Source of the DNA: Octopus bimaculoides
Taxonomy: Eukaryota
NCBI RefSeq assembly: GCF_001194135.2
Contig: NC_068987.1
Coordinates: forward strand, 78,231,122-78,295,121
DNA: 64,000 bases
Direction of reading: 5' to 3'
This document shows positions 63,799-64,000 of the stretch, in pieces. The notes under the pieces are model-generated. The model had not been told where the DNA came from, did no database searches, and saw only the letters and a program-made list of their open reading frames with translations. Both the position numbers and the translations under genes were made by a program. Each line of letters begins with the position of its first letter. The stretch's first letter is position 1.

Positions 63799-64000
63799 TA
63801 TATATATATATATATATATCTCTAAAATCCACACTATCGACCGCCTTCTTCCTCCAGCCTTTTCCATATTTTTCTCCTCTATGTCACCCTCCCATGCTCA
63901 CAATACATTGCGCTTTATCATTCAACTTAATCATCTCTTTCATACATTTCTTACCGACACTAAGCTCCGCAAACTTCACTCACTCCTCCATTCCTCTACA

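Overview
Eukaryotic, AT-rich, gene-poor draft-assembly window. The SINE families and microsatellite density point to an octopus (coleoid cephalopod) genome; this is an inference from pattern recognition, not a database result. About 16 N-gaps are present (e.g. 108-1069, 1711-1992, 3108-3888, 7553-8068, 17321-17843, 23548-24193, 24960-25287, 45180-45891, 55057-55488), mostly flanked by microsatellites. No intact host protein-coding gene is recognisable, and nearly all long ORFs in the track are N-run or microsatellite artefacts. Contents: many copies of several tRNA-derived SINE families (labelled A, B, C, E here), a pseudogenised Merlin (IS1016/ISXO2-like DDE) transposase at 26.9-27.7 kb, 3' fragments of R4/Dong-like non-LTR retrotransposons in TAA/GAT microsatellites, and several MITEs (hAT-, piggyBac- and Tigger-like). 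The most notable signal is a set of hammerhead ribozyme (HHR) motifs from at least four unrelated sequence contexts: a tRNA-headed SINE with a minimal dimer-type HHR in its tail (2.4 and 40.8 kb), an HHR with a fully canonical core at 33.1 kb, a CUGUUGA-variant family (19.2, 25.5, 62.9 kb), and an HHR remnant in the loop of a 140-nt foldback (39.9 kb). Several long inverted repeats could form dsRNA if transcribed.
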